Program-made: the position numbers and the translations under genes | Part shown: positions 20,219-30,741 of the stretch, piece by piece | Layout: each line of letters opens with the position of its first letter | Position numbering within the stretch: the first letter of the stretch is position 1 | Notes under the pieces: model-generated | Seen by the model: the letters and a program-made list of their open reading frames with translations, nothing else | What the model was told of the DNA's origin: nothing | Database searches by the model: none | DNA from: a virus | Taxonomy: Duplodnaviria > Heunggongvirae > Uroviricota > Caudoviricetes | DNA: 64,000 nucleotides | Reading direction: 5' to 3' (one strand) | IMG/VR virus record: IMGVR_UViG_3300023181_000001 | Coordinates: 30,509-94,508 of that record

Positions 20219-20426
20219 TCGGCGGAAGAAAAACTTTAAAATAAAAACAGTATGAACACAACAGAAAACAATAACACTCTAATAGCTGAACTATTTAAAA
20301 AGTATTCAAATTATACAGCCCTAAGTGAGGGACATTACGATTATCTAATGGACGAAGAGGATTTTAAAGAAGCAGTTTTAGAGTTTTATAAGTGGCCGCA
20401 AAAAGAAAACTAAACAAAAAACAGTT

Positions 20427-20750
20427 ATGACATCAACAATAAGAACACTACAAAGTCAAATTGACCAAGTAAGAGAGGAAAGAGACAGGCTACACACAGA
20501 ACTACAAAAGAGTATTTTCCGCGAAGAAGAATTAGAAACAGCTTTAAAAGAAGCACAGGAAATAATAGGCAATAACATAAGTCTAATAACTTCCTCTAAT
20601 AAGATAGAAGTATTGAACAGTATTCAAAAGGTATTGCAGCAAAGAGATAAGATTAGTTTTATTGGCAACCTGTGGGAGTATAAAGGAGAGCAATATAAAA
20701 AGTTTTCAGATATTCCTATGATTGAACCAAATCAAATTGTGGAGTGGTAA
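20427..20750 (+). CDS. hypothetical coiled-coil protein
   Basis: 107-aa ORF with heptad-like 'LQSQIDQVREERDRLHTELQK'. Confidence 0.4.
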   Translation: MTSTIRTLQSQIDQVREERDRLHTELQKSIFREEELETALKEAQEIIGNNISLITSSNKIEVLNSIQKVLQQRDKISFIGNLWEYKGEQYKKFSDIPMIEPNQIVEW

Positions 20751-21048
20751 TTTAAGTGTTAAAGAATTAACTTTAATTAGGTAGAATCAAAAACTATGAA
20801 AGACTACATAAAACTAAACAGTAAATTCAAAGAAAGTATAGAAGATACAGTATATACTAAGTTTGAAAATGGCGGGAAAGAAAAAGAACTAAAAGACAAA
20901 TTTAAGTTTCACGATATAGAATACAGTAGAGAATTAGTAAAACAAATCATATACTTACCTTATCAATCTAGGGGAGGTTGGAGAACGTTTGAAGAATACA
21001 CGGATTGGATTTTTCAAGATTAAATTAGGATAATTAAAACTAATTCAG

Positions 21049-21056
21049 TATATTTG
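21049..21056 (+). promoter_or_regulatory. Bacteroidetes -7 box TATATTTG
   Basis: Perfect TAnnTTTG 29 nt upstream of the ATG at 21085. Confidence 0.45.
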
Positions 21057-21084
21057 TCCCTTAAACAAGTAAATACGCTTCAAT

Positions 21085-21273
21085 ATGGGACAAAAGATAT
21101 TAAAATCAAGGCTGAAATATGCCGTATTAAACAAAGAAACGCAAGAAGTTAGGATATACCACTTGCAAAAAGACATTGCAGAGCTATTTGGAGTGTCAAG
21201 AAAGACAATTTATAGGACTTTACCTTATGAAAATTCTAAATTTGTAGTCTATTTGATATCAAGTGTCCCTTAA
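21085..21273 (+). CDS. small HTH DNA-binding protein (putative transcriptional regulator)
   Basis: 'IAELFGVSRKTIYRTL' is a classic helix-turn-helix. Confidence 0.5.
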   Translation: MGQKILKSRLKYAVLNKETQEVRIYHLQKDIAELFGVSRKTIYRTLPYENSKFVVYLISSVP

Positions 21274-22188
21274 ATCTGGATATATGGATTAATAGGGGAC
21301 ATAAAACCGCGCAAAAGAAATGAAAGAACAGTTAAAAACAGCTAAAGAAGATATAATCATCATCCTAGAAGCAATAGAGCAAGGAGACTTAAAAGATGCA
21401 GTTCAGATGCTCTTGGAGTTGAGGCAAGATTTGGGAATTTTAGAGCTAATGTGCTGATTCTAGGGGCTTTAGAGTGGAGGATAAACCCACCCAACCCCCT
21501 AAACCAACCCAACCAAGCACCAAAACCACAATTTTAATTAAATCAAACCTATACCAACTTAGCACGATATAGATATATTAAATTAGCAAAGGTATGCATA
21601 GGGTTGTATAAAAAGGACATTAAAGAATAAACTAATCAGTAATCAAGCTTTAGGGCTTGTAATATTAAGACATTATGGACACAATAAAAATACCAAAAGA
21701 AAAAGTCTTGGAACTTCTTAATAAAGACTGTTGCAAGTTTTCGGATTATGGTAACTATACGGATTATGAATTTGAATTAGTGTTAGACAGCTATACAAGA
21801 TTTAAGGAAGGCACAGATAATTATGTTTATATTACCTTTAAGGATTTGGCTTCTTTGCTTTATGATAGGAATTGTTCTTTTGATTATACGAATGTTATTG
21901 TTGTTTAACTCTTTTTCCCGCGATTTTTAAACCCTTAAACAAAAACAAGATTATGAAAAGACGTACTTACCTTTGGGATACTATTTATGCTAAACTTTTA
22001 AAAAAAGGTATTGGCAGTTTTGAGATTGATATTAGATACTTGCAAAAGTGGTTAAATGATTATCCTGATTGTTTTCCTAAATTTATGCTTTCTAATTTTT
22101 TTACGGCGGTTTTTAACTCAGATAAATATCGTTGGGAAATATACAAAGGGCATCACAAAATAGAGTTTAATCCTCAAAATTATATCTA

Positions 22189-22578
22189 ATGAAAACATTA
22201 AATTACTTATCGGATTTTTGGGCAAAGGCTAACATCGCAGTAAGCGAAATAGAAAAAGATTTACCTAAAGTAATTAAAGAAGATATTTTAAAACCTTTAG
22301 GAACTAGCGGTAAAATGTGGACTATTCAGTTTAAAGATTTAGGTAATACGTGGCACCCAAAAGAAATACTTAAAAGGCATAACGGGGAAAGCAATAATCT
22401 AAGCTTATTGGTGGACAAAATAAAAAGTGTGTTTCAAAAAAGCCCCGATAAAGTAACTGAGTTTTTAACTACTACGGCAAAAAGAGGCTATTTTGTAAAT
22501 AAGATGGCGAATGAAAAAATAATCCTAACTCCGAATGAATTGACAAGATTGAATTTATACATAAAAGATAATCTTTAG
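22189..22578 (+). CDS. hypothetical protein
   Basis: 129-aa ORF. Confidence 0.4.
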   Translation: MKTLNYLSDFWAKANIAVSEIEKDLPKVIKEDILKPLGTSGKMWTIQFKDLGNTWHPKEILKRHNGESNNLSLLVDKIKSVFQKSPDKVTEFLTTTAKRGYFVNKMANEKIILTPNELTRLNLYIKDNL

Positions 22579-22611
22579 AAATCTAAATTAACAAACTAAA
22601 ACAATAAAGAT

Positions 22612-22929
22612 ATGAAAGAAGATACGCTTTTAACTATAAAAAACGAATTGGCAGGATTATATAAAGCAATCCAAGCCGTAAACAAGGTATGGAACAATCC
22701 TGTAAATCAGATGGTAGAAGTATTGGTACAGAACTCTCTAGGAGATAAGAGGCATACAGTAGGCTATTCTCACGAAAAGGAGTGCGAGAGCATTAGGACT
22801 ATTTATAAAGCTTTGGAAGAATTGAAAAAGTATTCTAACTATCATTTTATTGATTGGGTATTTATGGAATATTCTACTACTGTAGATGGTCATGTTATGA
22901 GCGAGTATTACGATTCTTCTATTCCTTAA
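22612..22929 (+). CDS. hypothetical protein
   Basis: 105-aa ORF immediately followed by the tRNA-like fragment. Confidence 0.4.
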   Translation: MKEDTLLTIKNELAGLYKAIQAVNKVWNNPVNQMVEVLVQNSLGDKRHTVGYSHEKECESIRTIYKALEELKKYSNYHFIDWVFMEYSTTVDGHVMSEYYDSSIP

Positions 22930-22937
22930 CTTTTTCC

Positions 22938-22999
22938 CGCCACTTTAAGCAGGCAGTCCCGAAATAATAAGGGATGAGGTTCGATTCCTTGAGTGGCAC
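22938..22999 (+). other. tRNA-like fragment (T-arm GGTTCGATTCC plus 6-7 bp acceptor-like helix), not a canonical cloverleaf
   Basis: 'GAGGTTCGATTCCTT' T-arm-like sequence. 5' GCCACTT pairs with 3' (G)AGTGGC. Only ~62 nt, so no room for both D and anticodon arms. Confidence 0.35.
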
Positions 23000-23994
23000 T
23001 AACTTAAAAACATAAAACTATGAACGCAACTTATTATTCAATCTATGAATACAGTGATTTGACCTGCTTAAGAGGAGAAATCGTTGATGAGGGGATTATT
23101 AGAGATTCTGAAGACACTATATATCCTGCACAACATACAGGGAATAGTGACTTACCTTATGAATGTGAAGCACATAAATTTTCAGCTAAAGGTTATCAGA
23201 TTGAATTAATCCCTGTTTACTTGACAAGAGAAGAAATATTAAAACATACACTATGAAAGAACAGCTTAAAAACCTTATCTTGAAATTAGAGAAGGAAAAC
23301 CAGGAACGTAGTAAGTTATTAGAAGATAAAAATACTTTACCTGAGACTTATAGGAATGAAGTATTGAGATATAATAATACTTTAGATATTTTAAAACAGT
23401 TGAAAGACATATTACTTTCTTCTTAACCTTTTTAACGCGAAAATTATGAAAACAACAAAATACACAGGGGCATTCAAATCAGACAGCGGAGATACTTATA
23501 CGCTTTCAGTTAATTGTACAGGTTTTGTACAAGCCTATTTTCTTTTAACGGCGGAAGCTATTAAAAACGGTAAGTATTTTCAATTAGAAACTATTGAAGC
23601 TTTAGATTTAAAAGCAACAAAAATAAAGGTAAAACAGTTAAACATTAATAACTTTTTTGAATTATGAAATACTCAAACAAACAATTCGAAGACTATAAGT
23701 ACAGAGTTAAGCTCTTAGTACAAGATTTAAAAGGTAATGACTTAATCAATGCAGATTTTTATACTGATTGTGAGGATAAGGCTGAAATTTCTTTAAAGCT
23801 TTTATCCGCCGCCCAAAAGAAATACAAAAAAGACTACGTGGCAGAAATCATACATTGGGCAACTAAAGAACAAGACGAACACACATCAAAATTCTTAGAC
23901 GAAATATTAAAAGATATTTAGATTATGAAAACAATAAAGAGAATTTTAAAAGAATTAGCAATCGGCACAAGTTACGCCATAAAAAGATAACATT

Positions 23995-24423
23995 ATGGGA
24001 AGTTTTAGTTGGAATAAAGCAGATAAATTAACAGCTATTGAAAATGTAGCTTATGGTAGTCCTTTTAAATTTCTGATACCCAAAGAGTTTGGAGGAGGAT
24101 TTATAAAAGACAAGTATCAAGATTATGGATATTTGGGGACAAAAAACGGAAATCCTAAATACGATATGTATGAAATTTTGGCTTTTTGGAATAATCCCAA
24201 AGCAGTAAAATATGACGGCGATTTTCCTTTAATGAAAGAAATTGATTTGTACACAGATAGAAACAGAAACAAAGGAATTGACATTGGTTGCTATGATGAA
24301 GATATTCTAAAATTAAAATACCCCCTAAAATTAGTTTCGCCTTCTTTTAAAGGAACTTATGAAGACTTAGAAACTTGTAGTTTAGGTGATCCAGACCAAG
24401 GAGGGGGGCAAAGAAAAAGATAA
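23995..24423 (+). CDS. hypothetical protein
   Basis: 142-aa ORF. Confidence 0.4.
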   Translation: MGSFSWNKADKLTAIENVAYGSPFKFLIPKEFGGGFIKDKYQDYGYLGTKNGNPKYDMYEILAFWNNPKAVKYDGDFPLMKEIDLYTDRNRNKGIDIGCYDEDILKLKYPLKLVSPSFKGTYEDLETCSLGDPDQGGGQRKR

Positions 24424-27400
24424 ATTTATGAAAACATACCAATTATCATATGGCAAGAATAAAGACTGTTATGTCATCAACCTAAATAACGGAGAGACAA
24501 GGCAGTTTAAAAAGAAAAGATTATTTACTAACACTTTGGCCTTCCTAGTTAAGGATGGTTATAAACAAGCTTATTAAGTTATGAAAAGAACAATTATAAC
24601 AATACTCATTAGTACTTTATTATTTATTGTTATCTATTCTTTAGGGTTTATTCGCGGCGAAAAAGAAAAACAAGAAGAAATTGAAAACAGAGTAGAAACA
24701 AAAAACTGCTATTCCAAAGAAGACTTAGAGTATATAATCTTCGCAGAAAGCCAATTATAATAGATTACAGACACTTAAAACTAGAAATGGTAGTTAGTAT
24801 TACCTAACAATAAGATAATCCCTTAAAACAACTTATTATGAAAGAAATTAAAAACTATTTTATTGTAGATTTAAAAACAAAGAAAGCCCTCTATGGTTAC
24901 GGAGAAAAATCTTTAGTTTTTTCTACGGCGGAAAACGCTTATGAAACAGCATCTCAATTCTTCGAAAACAAAGAAGGGTTTTTAATTATTGAAATACCCG
25001 ACTTTAAACGATAAATAAAATGACTTACACAGCAACAAAATACAGCATATTTGCAGGAAATAACGAATTAGTAATCTTACAAGGCATAAACCGAGAAGAA
25101 ACAGTTAAAAAGATTATTGAAGACTGTCCTGAATTCAGTTTAGAGTTTGGCTTGACAGAGAATTATCGCCCGAAGTTGAGAAGTAACAGTTTTTTCAGTA
25201 ACCAAAAACAATTTTAATTATGGCACTATTTATAGAATTTAAACAGAAGAGTATAGAATGGCATCTAGGTCAAAAAAGTCCTATACAGCCTAATCAAGTT
25301 GTAAGCATACAAGCGGATGGAGACGAATTAGAATTGATTTTAAAGACTTTCGGCGCAGGTTATGAAACAAAGCATATTCAAGACGTGAAGTTCTCAATTC
25401 CTGTTCCTATTGGTAAAAGAGTAGTATATTGGCACGGGCATATTGCCAAAACAATAATCGCAAACATTTTTTAATTATGAACTACTACATAATAGAGGGG
25501 AAACCTAAAGGGATTCAAATAGGGAATACAACTTATAAATTCTTAAAATCATGATTATAACAGGCTTAGTATTAATAGTACTCGGTTTAGGAGGCTTTAT
25601 GCTCTCTTATTTAGAAAACGACAAAAGAACAGTTCCTATTTCAGTATTATTTCTTATTTTAGGTGCAGTTACTTTAGATTGCAACAGAAAAATTAATTTG
25701 CCTGAAGAAATAAATCAAGTAAAGGCAACTGACACTTTAAAAGGGTACTATGATTCAAAAGGATTGCACATAGAGTTTAACAATAAAAGGAATCAAAAAT
25801 GGAAGAATACACAATAGCTACAATCGGAGAGACATTCAAGACAGAAGACTTTCAAGAAGCACAAGAGTATTGGGAAGAGTTATCAGAGGAAGATAAAGAA
25901 GACGCTGAATACTTCAAGAAGACTTGGAAAAAGTTTGGCGGTATGTGGGTAGAGACAGATTATGAAATTTTAAACTAAAAATTATGATAAAAGTAGAAAT
26001 AAGAGAGTATGAAAGAGGATGGGGAAATAAAGTAGATGCGGTAAAAGAATTTGATACTTTAGAAGAAGCTCAGGAATTTTGCAAGGATTTTAATAGTGTG
26101 AATGATTCAGAATACGCACCTGATTGGTATATGGCTGCGTCTATCATTTAAAAATCATAAATATGGGCGCGGAAAAAAGAGTTAAGATAGAATTGAGCTT
26201 AGAAAACATAAAAGACATCTTAATACAAGAACTGCTTTTAATTCCTTACGAAGACTCAGTTGAATTAGAATACACAGAAAAAGGCGTAACTATAAAATAT
26301 TTAGAAAATGACTAAACAGTATTACATAAGGCTTTTAAGCTACAATGAAGCTTGTAAAGTAATAGATTTTGTTTTAGACAAAGGTACAGATGATTATGCA
26401 AATATCACATTAGGTGGTGTTAGTTTGTCTGTTACAGAGGATTGTTTAGGAGAAGTTAAAGACTTTTGTTCTAAATCTTTCCCGCGATTTGAAATTGGTC
26501 AGGAACATCCTGAAAAAGTAAATTCGGAAATAATTCAAAGCTTAAAAACGGCAAAAATAATCTAATTATGGAAAATAATTATAACACAAATTTATTTACC
26601 TTTGGAGAAGGAAATTCTAGACCAGAAAGAGTAATAAATCCAATGCAATTTATTCCAGATTCATTAATCAATACAAATTTTGAAGGTATTGAAGAAGAAC
26701 ATAATATTAAACCAGTAGAAGAAACTTTAGAGGATATTCATTCTAAATATGAAAATTTTAGATATAATCATCCACAAATATCTTTTATAGAATGGTTGAA
26801 AGATAATAATTATCAAATACTAAAAAGATGAAAGATTTAGTATTAAGATTTCTAGCAGTTTTATTCCTAGCAAATCTAGTCTTTGCAATCTGCTTTTTAG
26901 TTACCTTGCAATTTCTGAATTTAGGAATCTGTATCTTGTTAGTTTTTCCTTTAAGCGCGGCAATAATAAAAACAATAGAAAAATGAAAACATTAGAGAAC
27001 ATTCAAGTAGGAGATTATGTGGCTATTCCATTTTCTTACAATGGTGGAGATCCCGAAGAGATTATTGTAGATAAAATATCTCTAATACAAGGAGAACTGA
27101 TTGTTGTGCATTTTCTTTATGGGTACAAATCATTAGCAGAAACAGTGAAGAAAAGTGAAATAATTGCAATAGGTGACCCATCCGCAAAAGGTAAGATAAA
27201 AGGATGGAGCGGAAATTACAATATAATAAAACCAAAAAACAAACTGCTATGTTTATAATCAAAAGAAACAGTCAATACTACGCAAGGCAAGATAAACAGA
27301 CAGTATTTGTCTTAGAAGAGTCGGAAGCTTTTAAATTCCAAGACCGACAAGTGGCACAAGCTAAAGCAAATTCCCTAAAGATATTTTATAGTGGACAACC

Positions 27401-27629
27401 CTTTCAAGTAATAAAAATTGGATAAAGACATATACTCTAAGACAAAATTAATAGCCTTTAAGTGCCTAAAGACAGGGCGTGCTTGCATAAATTCAATCAG
27501 TGTAGATTCTACAGAAGAATGGATCATTACAGGTGGAGGCTATTTTTATAATAGGAATACACAAGAGCAGGCGGAAATATTAATTAAAAGAGATAAGAAG
27601 TGAAACCATTTAAATACAATGACAATTAA

Positions 27630-28010
27630 ATTGGGGCAAAGGTATTAATACCGAAGGTTCTAAAAAGTATTACTCCAGAAAATGGTTGGGAATACTTAAA
27701 GAATATTTCAGGAGTAATCGTAGAGAATAAAGGCTACGAACAATATTACCACACTTCAAGTGGATCAGGGGCATATCCTAGAAAGAGTATTATACAAAAA
27801 GACCCTTATCCTACTTATGCCGTACAACTAGAAAATCAAGTTACTGATATTGAGGGTAACAATATAATCATAGTTAGAGAGTGGGATATTAAATTTTGCA
27901 ACAAAAAAGAAATCAAAAAGCCCATAACCTTGAAAGAGTACAGAAAGGCTTTAAAGCTAATCGAAGAATACGAGGGATATGAAGACTTAAAAAACATTGG
28001 TAAATACTAA
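27630..28010 (+). pseudogene. 126-codon open reading frame without a canonical start (pseudogene or non-AUG start)
   Basis: Frame open from the TAA at 27627 to the TAA at 28008 with protein-like translation 'PKVLKSITPENGWEYLKNISGVIVENKGYEQYYH...'. No ATG/GTG in frame; the only TTG is near the 3' end. Confidence 0.3.
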
Positions 28011-28017
28011 GATAAAT

Positions 28018-28338
28018 ATGTTCAAAACTAAACTAACAGAAGAATCAAAAACAGTTTTAGAAGTCTGCATAAAAGCTTACCAGAACCGCAAAGAAATTTA
28101 TGTCAATACTGATAACATCTACATTGAAACTCAAACAGGAGGAACAGTTTTGATTTTAGATAACGCCATAGTAGCTTCTTGTGGAGAAATATTCTTGAAT
28201 AAGTCTTTAAAATCGGCGGAAATATCAAAAATCAAGAAAGAAATTTTAGATCTAATTCACTTAAAGACTTTAGAAATGGCTCAAAAGATGAAAATAATAG
28301 AACAAAACAAAATTAACCAATTAAAAGACTGTTTGTAA
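28018..28338 (+). CDS. hypothetical protein
   Basis: ATG at 28018 (MFKTKLTEE...). The track start at 27997 is a TTG. Confidence 0.4.
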   Translation: MFKTKLTEESKTVLEVCIKAYQNRKEIYVNTDNIYIETQTGGTVLILDNAIVASCGEIFLNKSLKSAEISKIKKEILDLIHLKTLEMAQKMKIIEQNKINQLKDCL

Positions 28339-28384
28339 CAGAAAAATTTAGCATTTAGTTAACATTAAAACACAGAATTAAACT

Positions 28385-28392
28385 TATATTTG
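28385..28392 (+). promoter_or_regulatory. Bacteroidetes -7 box TATATTTG
   Basis: Perfect motif 16 nt upstream of the ATG at 28408. Confidence 0.45.
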
Positions 28393-28407
28393 TAAAAAAA
28401 ATAAATT

Positions 28408-28710
28408 ATGGGATATTACACTACACACGAATTAAGTATCGTATCAGGAAATGATTTTAAAACTGACTATGAACAGGAAATTAGAGACCTTATTGATTAT
28501 CAAGGACTTTTTGACGAAAGTACAAAATGGTATGATTATGAAAAGGATATGAGAAAATATTCTAAAAATTATCCTAGTACAGTATTCTGTATCTATGGAG
28601 AAGGAGAAGAAAGCGGAGATATTTGGAAAGCTTATTTCCAAAACGGTAAAATGTTTAAGACAAAAGCTAAGTTAATGTTTGAAGACTTTTCAATCGGTAA
28701 ACTTGAATAG
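28408..28710 (+). CDS. hypothetical protein
   Basis: 100-aa ORF. Confidence 0.4.
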   Translation: MGYYTTHELSIVSGNDFKTDYEQEIRDLIDYQGLFDESTKWYDYEKDMRKYSKNYPSTVFCIYGEGEESGDIWKAYFQNGKMFKTKAKLMFEDFSIGKLE

Positions 28711-29069
28711 GAATGAGTAGTTGTGAAAATTGTGGAGAAAACACTTCAAATATGTTAGTAGCAGAATGTGGTTATACTTATGTGTGCGAGGACTGTGTAG
28801 ATAATATGTGGTCAAGTGGAAGCCGTTATAATAGCGATGGAGTAAAAACTAATTTGTGGAACGAATATAGAAAATACGATGAATAGACTAGAAATAAATT
28901 CTCTATGGGAACATAACAACGGCTTGAAATATGAAGTAATCCATTTAGCCAATGTAGACTCAACAGACGAATGCAAATACCCAGAAACTGTTGTATATCA
29001 AGGAATAAATGGGAAAGTTTGGACAAGACCTTTAAAAGATTGGCATAGAAGCTTTAAACAAATATAAAT

Positions 29070-29582
29070 ATGACGGAAACAGATAAATTAAGAGAACATC
29101 CAAAAGTAATACTTCTAAAAGACTTACTTAAAGTACTAAACTTTCAAAGAGTTTTACTTATAGGTGGAGCAGTTGTTGATATTTTAGAGGGCAGGGAGCC
29201 AAAAGACTATGATTTTATAGGAGGAGCTGACCATTCAAAACTTACAGACGAAGGCTTCAAATTTCTAGGAGAAACAAAAACTGCAAATACTTATGTTAAG
29301 GACGGTTTTATTCTACAGTTTCTAAAGACAAGCCCTCAAGAATTTGATTTTAAAATTGGGCAGGCAACTTACGATATTTTAAAAGACAAATTAGAGATTG
29401 ATCAGACATCATTTGAAAACAAGATGCTGATTCCCTTAAGCTTTGATTCTTCAGCAAGAGTTTTAAACAGCCTACAAAGGGTTCCTCATTGGAATAGAAA
29501 AGGTTACACATTACCTGATTCTACCTATTTGAGCCTTTTAAATGTCGTGGGTAAAAAAGAAATAAGAGAATTACAAAGTTAA
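29070..29582 (+). CDS. minimal nucleotidyltransferase, CCA-adding enzyme / poly(A) polymerase head-domain-like
   Basis: 'LLIGGAVVDILEGREPKDYDFIGG' matches the class II tRNA-NTase signature GGaVRDlLLGr.pkDxDi, including the DxD carboxylates. Only 170 aa, so no body or tail domains. Confidence 0.5.
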   Translation: MTETDKLREHPKVILLKDLLKVLNFQRVLLIGGAVVDILEGREPKDYDFIGGADHSKLTDEGFKFLGETKTANTYVKDGFILQFLKTSPQEFDFKIGQATYDILKDKLEIDQTSFENKMLIPLSFDSSARVLNSLQRVPHWNRKGYTLPDSTYLSLLNVVGKKEIRELQS

Positions 29583-29781
29583 AAAAAAGAAATATGAAAA
29601 CTAGAATCACAAGACAATCTTTGGAAAAATTCAGGGCTCTGTATGGTGCGGGTTACGGCTATGTTGATTCTGGTTCTTCTGCGCGCCTTTTATTTAAGTC
29701 AGAGAAAGAAGCTCTAGAAGCCTCTGAACTATTCTTTGAAGTTTTTAAGGAATCAAGAATGTTTAATCAATAATCAAATAA

Positions 29782-30741
29782 ATGAATAGTAGAGTAAGAA
29801 AACAAGATTTAGAAAAATTACTTTTCCTAGATTGTGAAACAGTCAGAAGAAATAAAAGCCTGGACATTAACTCTAAGGAGTATGATTTATATGCGTGGAA
29901 ATTAAGGGATAAAGAGAATTCTAAATTACCTCCTTCAAATGATGTCCAAGAGCATTATATTTTAAATGGTGCATTAGACCCTGTTTTTAACAAGATTGTA
30001 TGTATAACAGTAGGTTATATCAAGGATACTACACTTTATTTAAAATCTTTGACGGGTTCGCAGAAAGAAGTTATAGAACAGTTTTATAATATTTTAAATT
30101 CCACGGGATTTATCCCTTGTGGACACAACATTATTTCATTCGATATTCCAACGATACGTCTAAAATCTTTAGAGGAAAATATTGATTTGACAATAATTTC
30201 TGACAGGTTCAATGATTCAGAAGCTAAACCGTGGGTAATTGCAGAGGGCATGTACGATACTATGACAATTACTAAGGGAACTTATTATTATAATCTATCT
30301 TTAGATGCAATGTGCATGCTCAGTGGTGTAGATACGCCAAAAGATGATATTTCAGGAGCCGATGTAAGCAGAGTTTATTATGAAGGAGGTATTCAAAGAA
30401 TCTCAGAATATTGCAAGAAAGACGTAAAAGCAGTAGCTGAACTTTTTTGTGCCCTACAAGGCAAGAGAGGTTTCATTACAGATGTGGTAGATAAAACAGA
30501 AGATTTTGTAGAGGAGTTACCACTACTGACAAAACTATATCAAAGTAAATCGTTTTCAGAAGAAGTTAAAAAAGAATTGAAAGCTTTGAAAATCCTGAAA
30601 AAAGACAAACCAACAGTCTTGAAATTAGTTTTAGCTCATTATCTTGAAAAGGTGGATGTGATGGCACAAAACAAAAAAGAGTTAAAAGAAGTTAACGAGG
30701 CAAGGACAGAAGAAGTAACAGAATTTTTTAAAACACTATAA
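29782..30741 (+). CDS. DEDDy-type 3'-5' exonuclease (DnaQ-like fold) with acidic coiled C-terminal extension
   Basis: Exo I 'LFLDCETV', Exo II 'GHNIISFDIPTI', Exo III 'YCKKDVKAVAELF'. Confidence 0.65.
   Translation: MNSRVRKQDLEKLLFLDCETVRRNKSLDINSKEYDLYAWKLRDKENSKLPPSNDVQEHYILNGALDPVFNKIVCITVGYIKDTTLYLKSLTGSQKEVIEQFYNILNSTGFIPCGHNIISFDIPTIRLKSLEENIDLTIISDRFNDSEAKPWVIAEGMYDTMTITKGTYYYNLSLDAMCMLSGVDTPKDDISGADVSRVYYEGGIQRISEYCKKDVKAVAELFCALQGKRGFITDVVDKTEDFVEELPLLTKLYQSKSFSEEVKKELKALKILKKDKPTVLKLVLAHYLEKVDVMAQNKKELKEVNEARTEEVTEFFKTL

Noticed and set aside
22930-23019. Complete tRNA gene or attP with an integrase
   Set aside because: Cannot be folded into a full cloverleaf (too short), and no tyrosine/serine recombinase ORF is present anywhere in the window. 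Reported only as a tRNA-like fragment.
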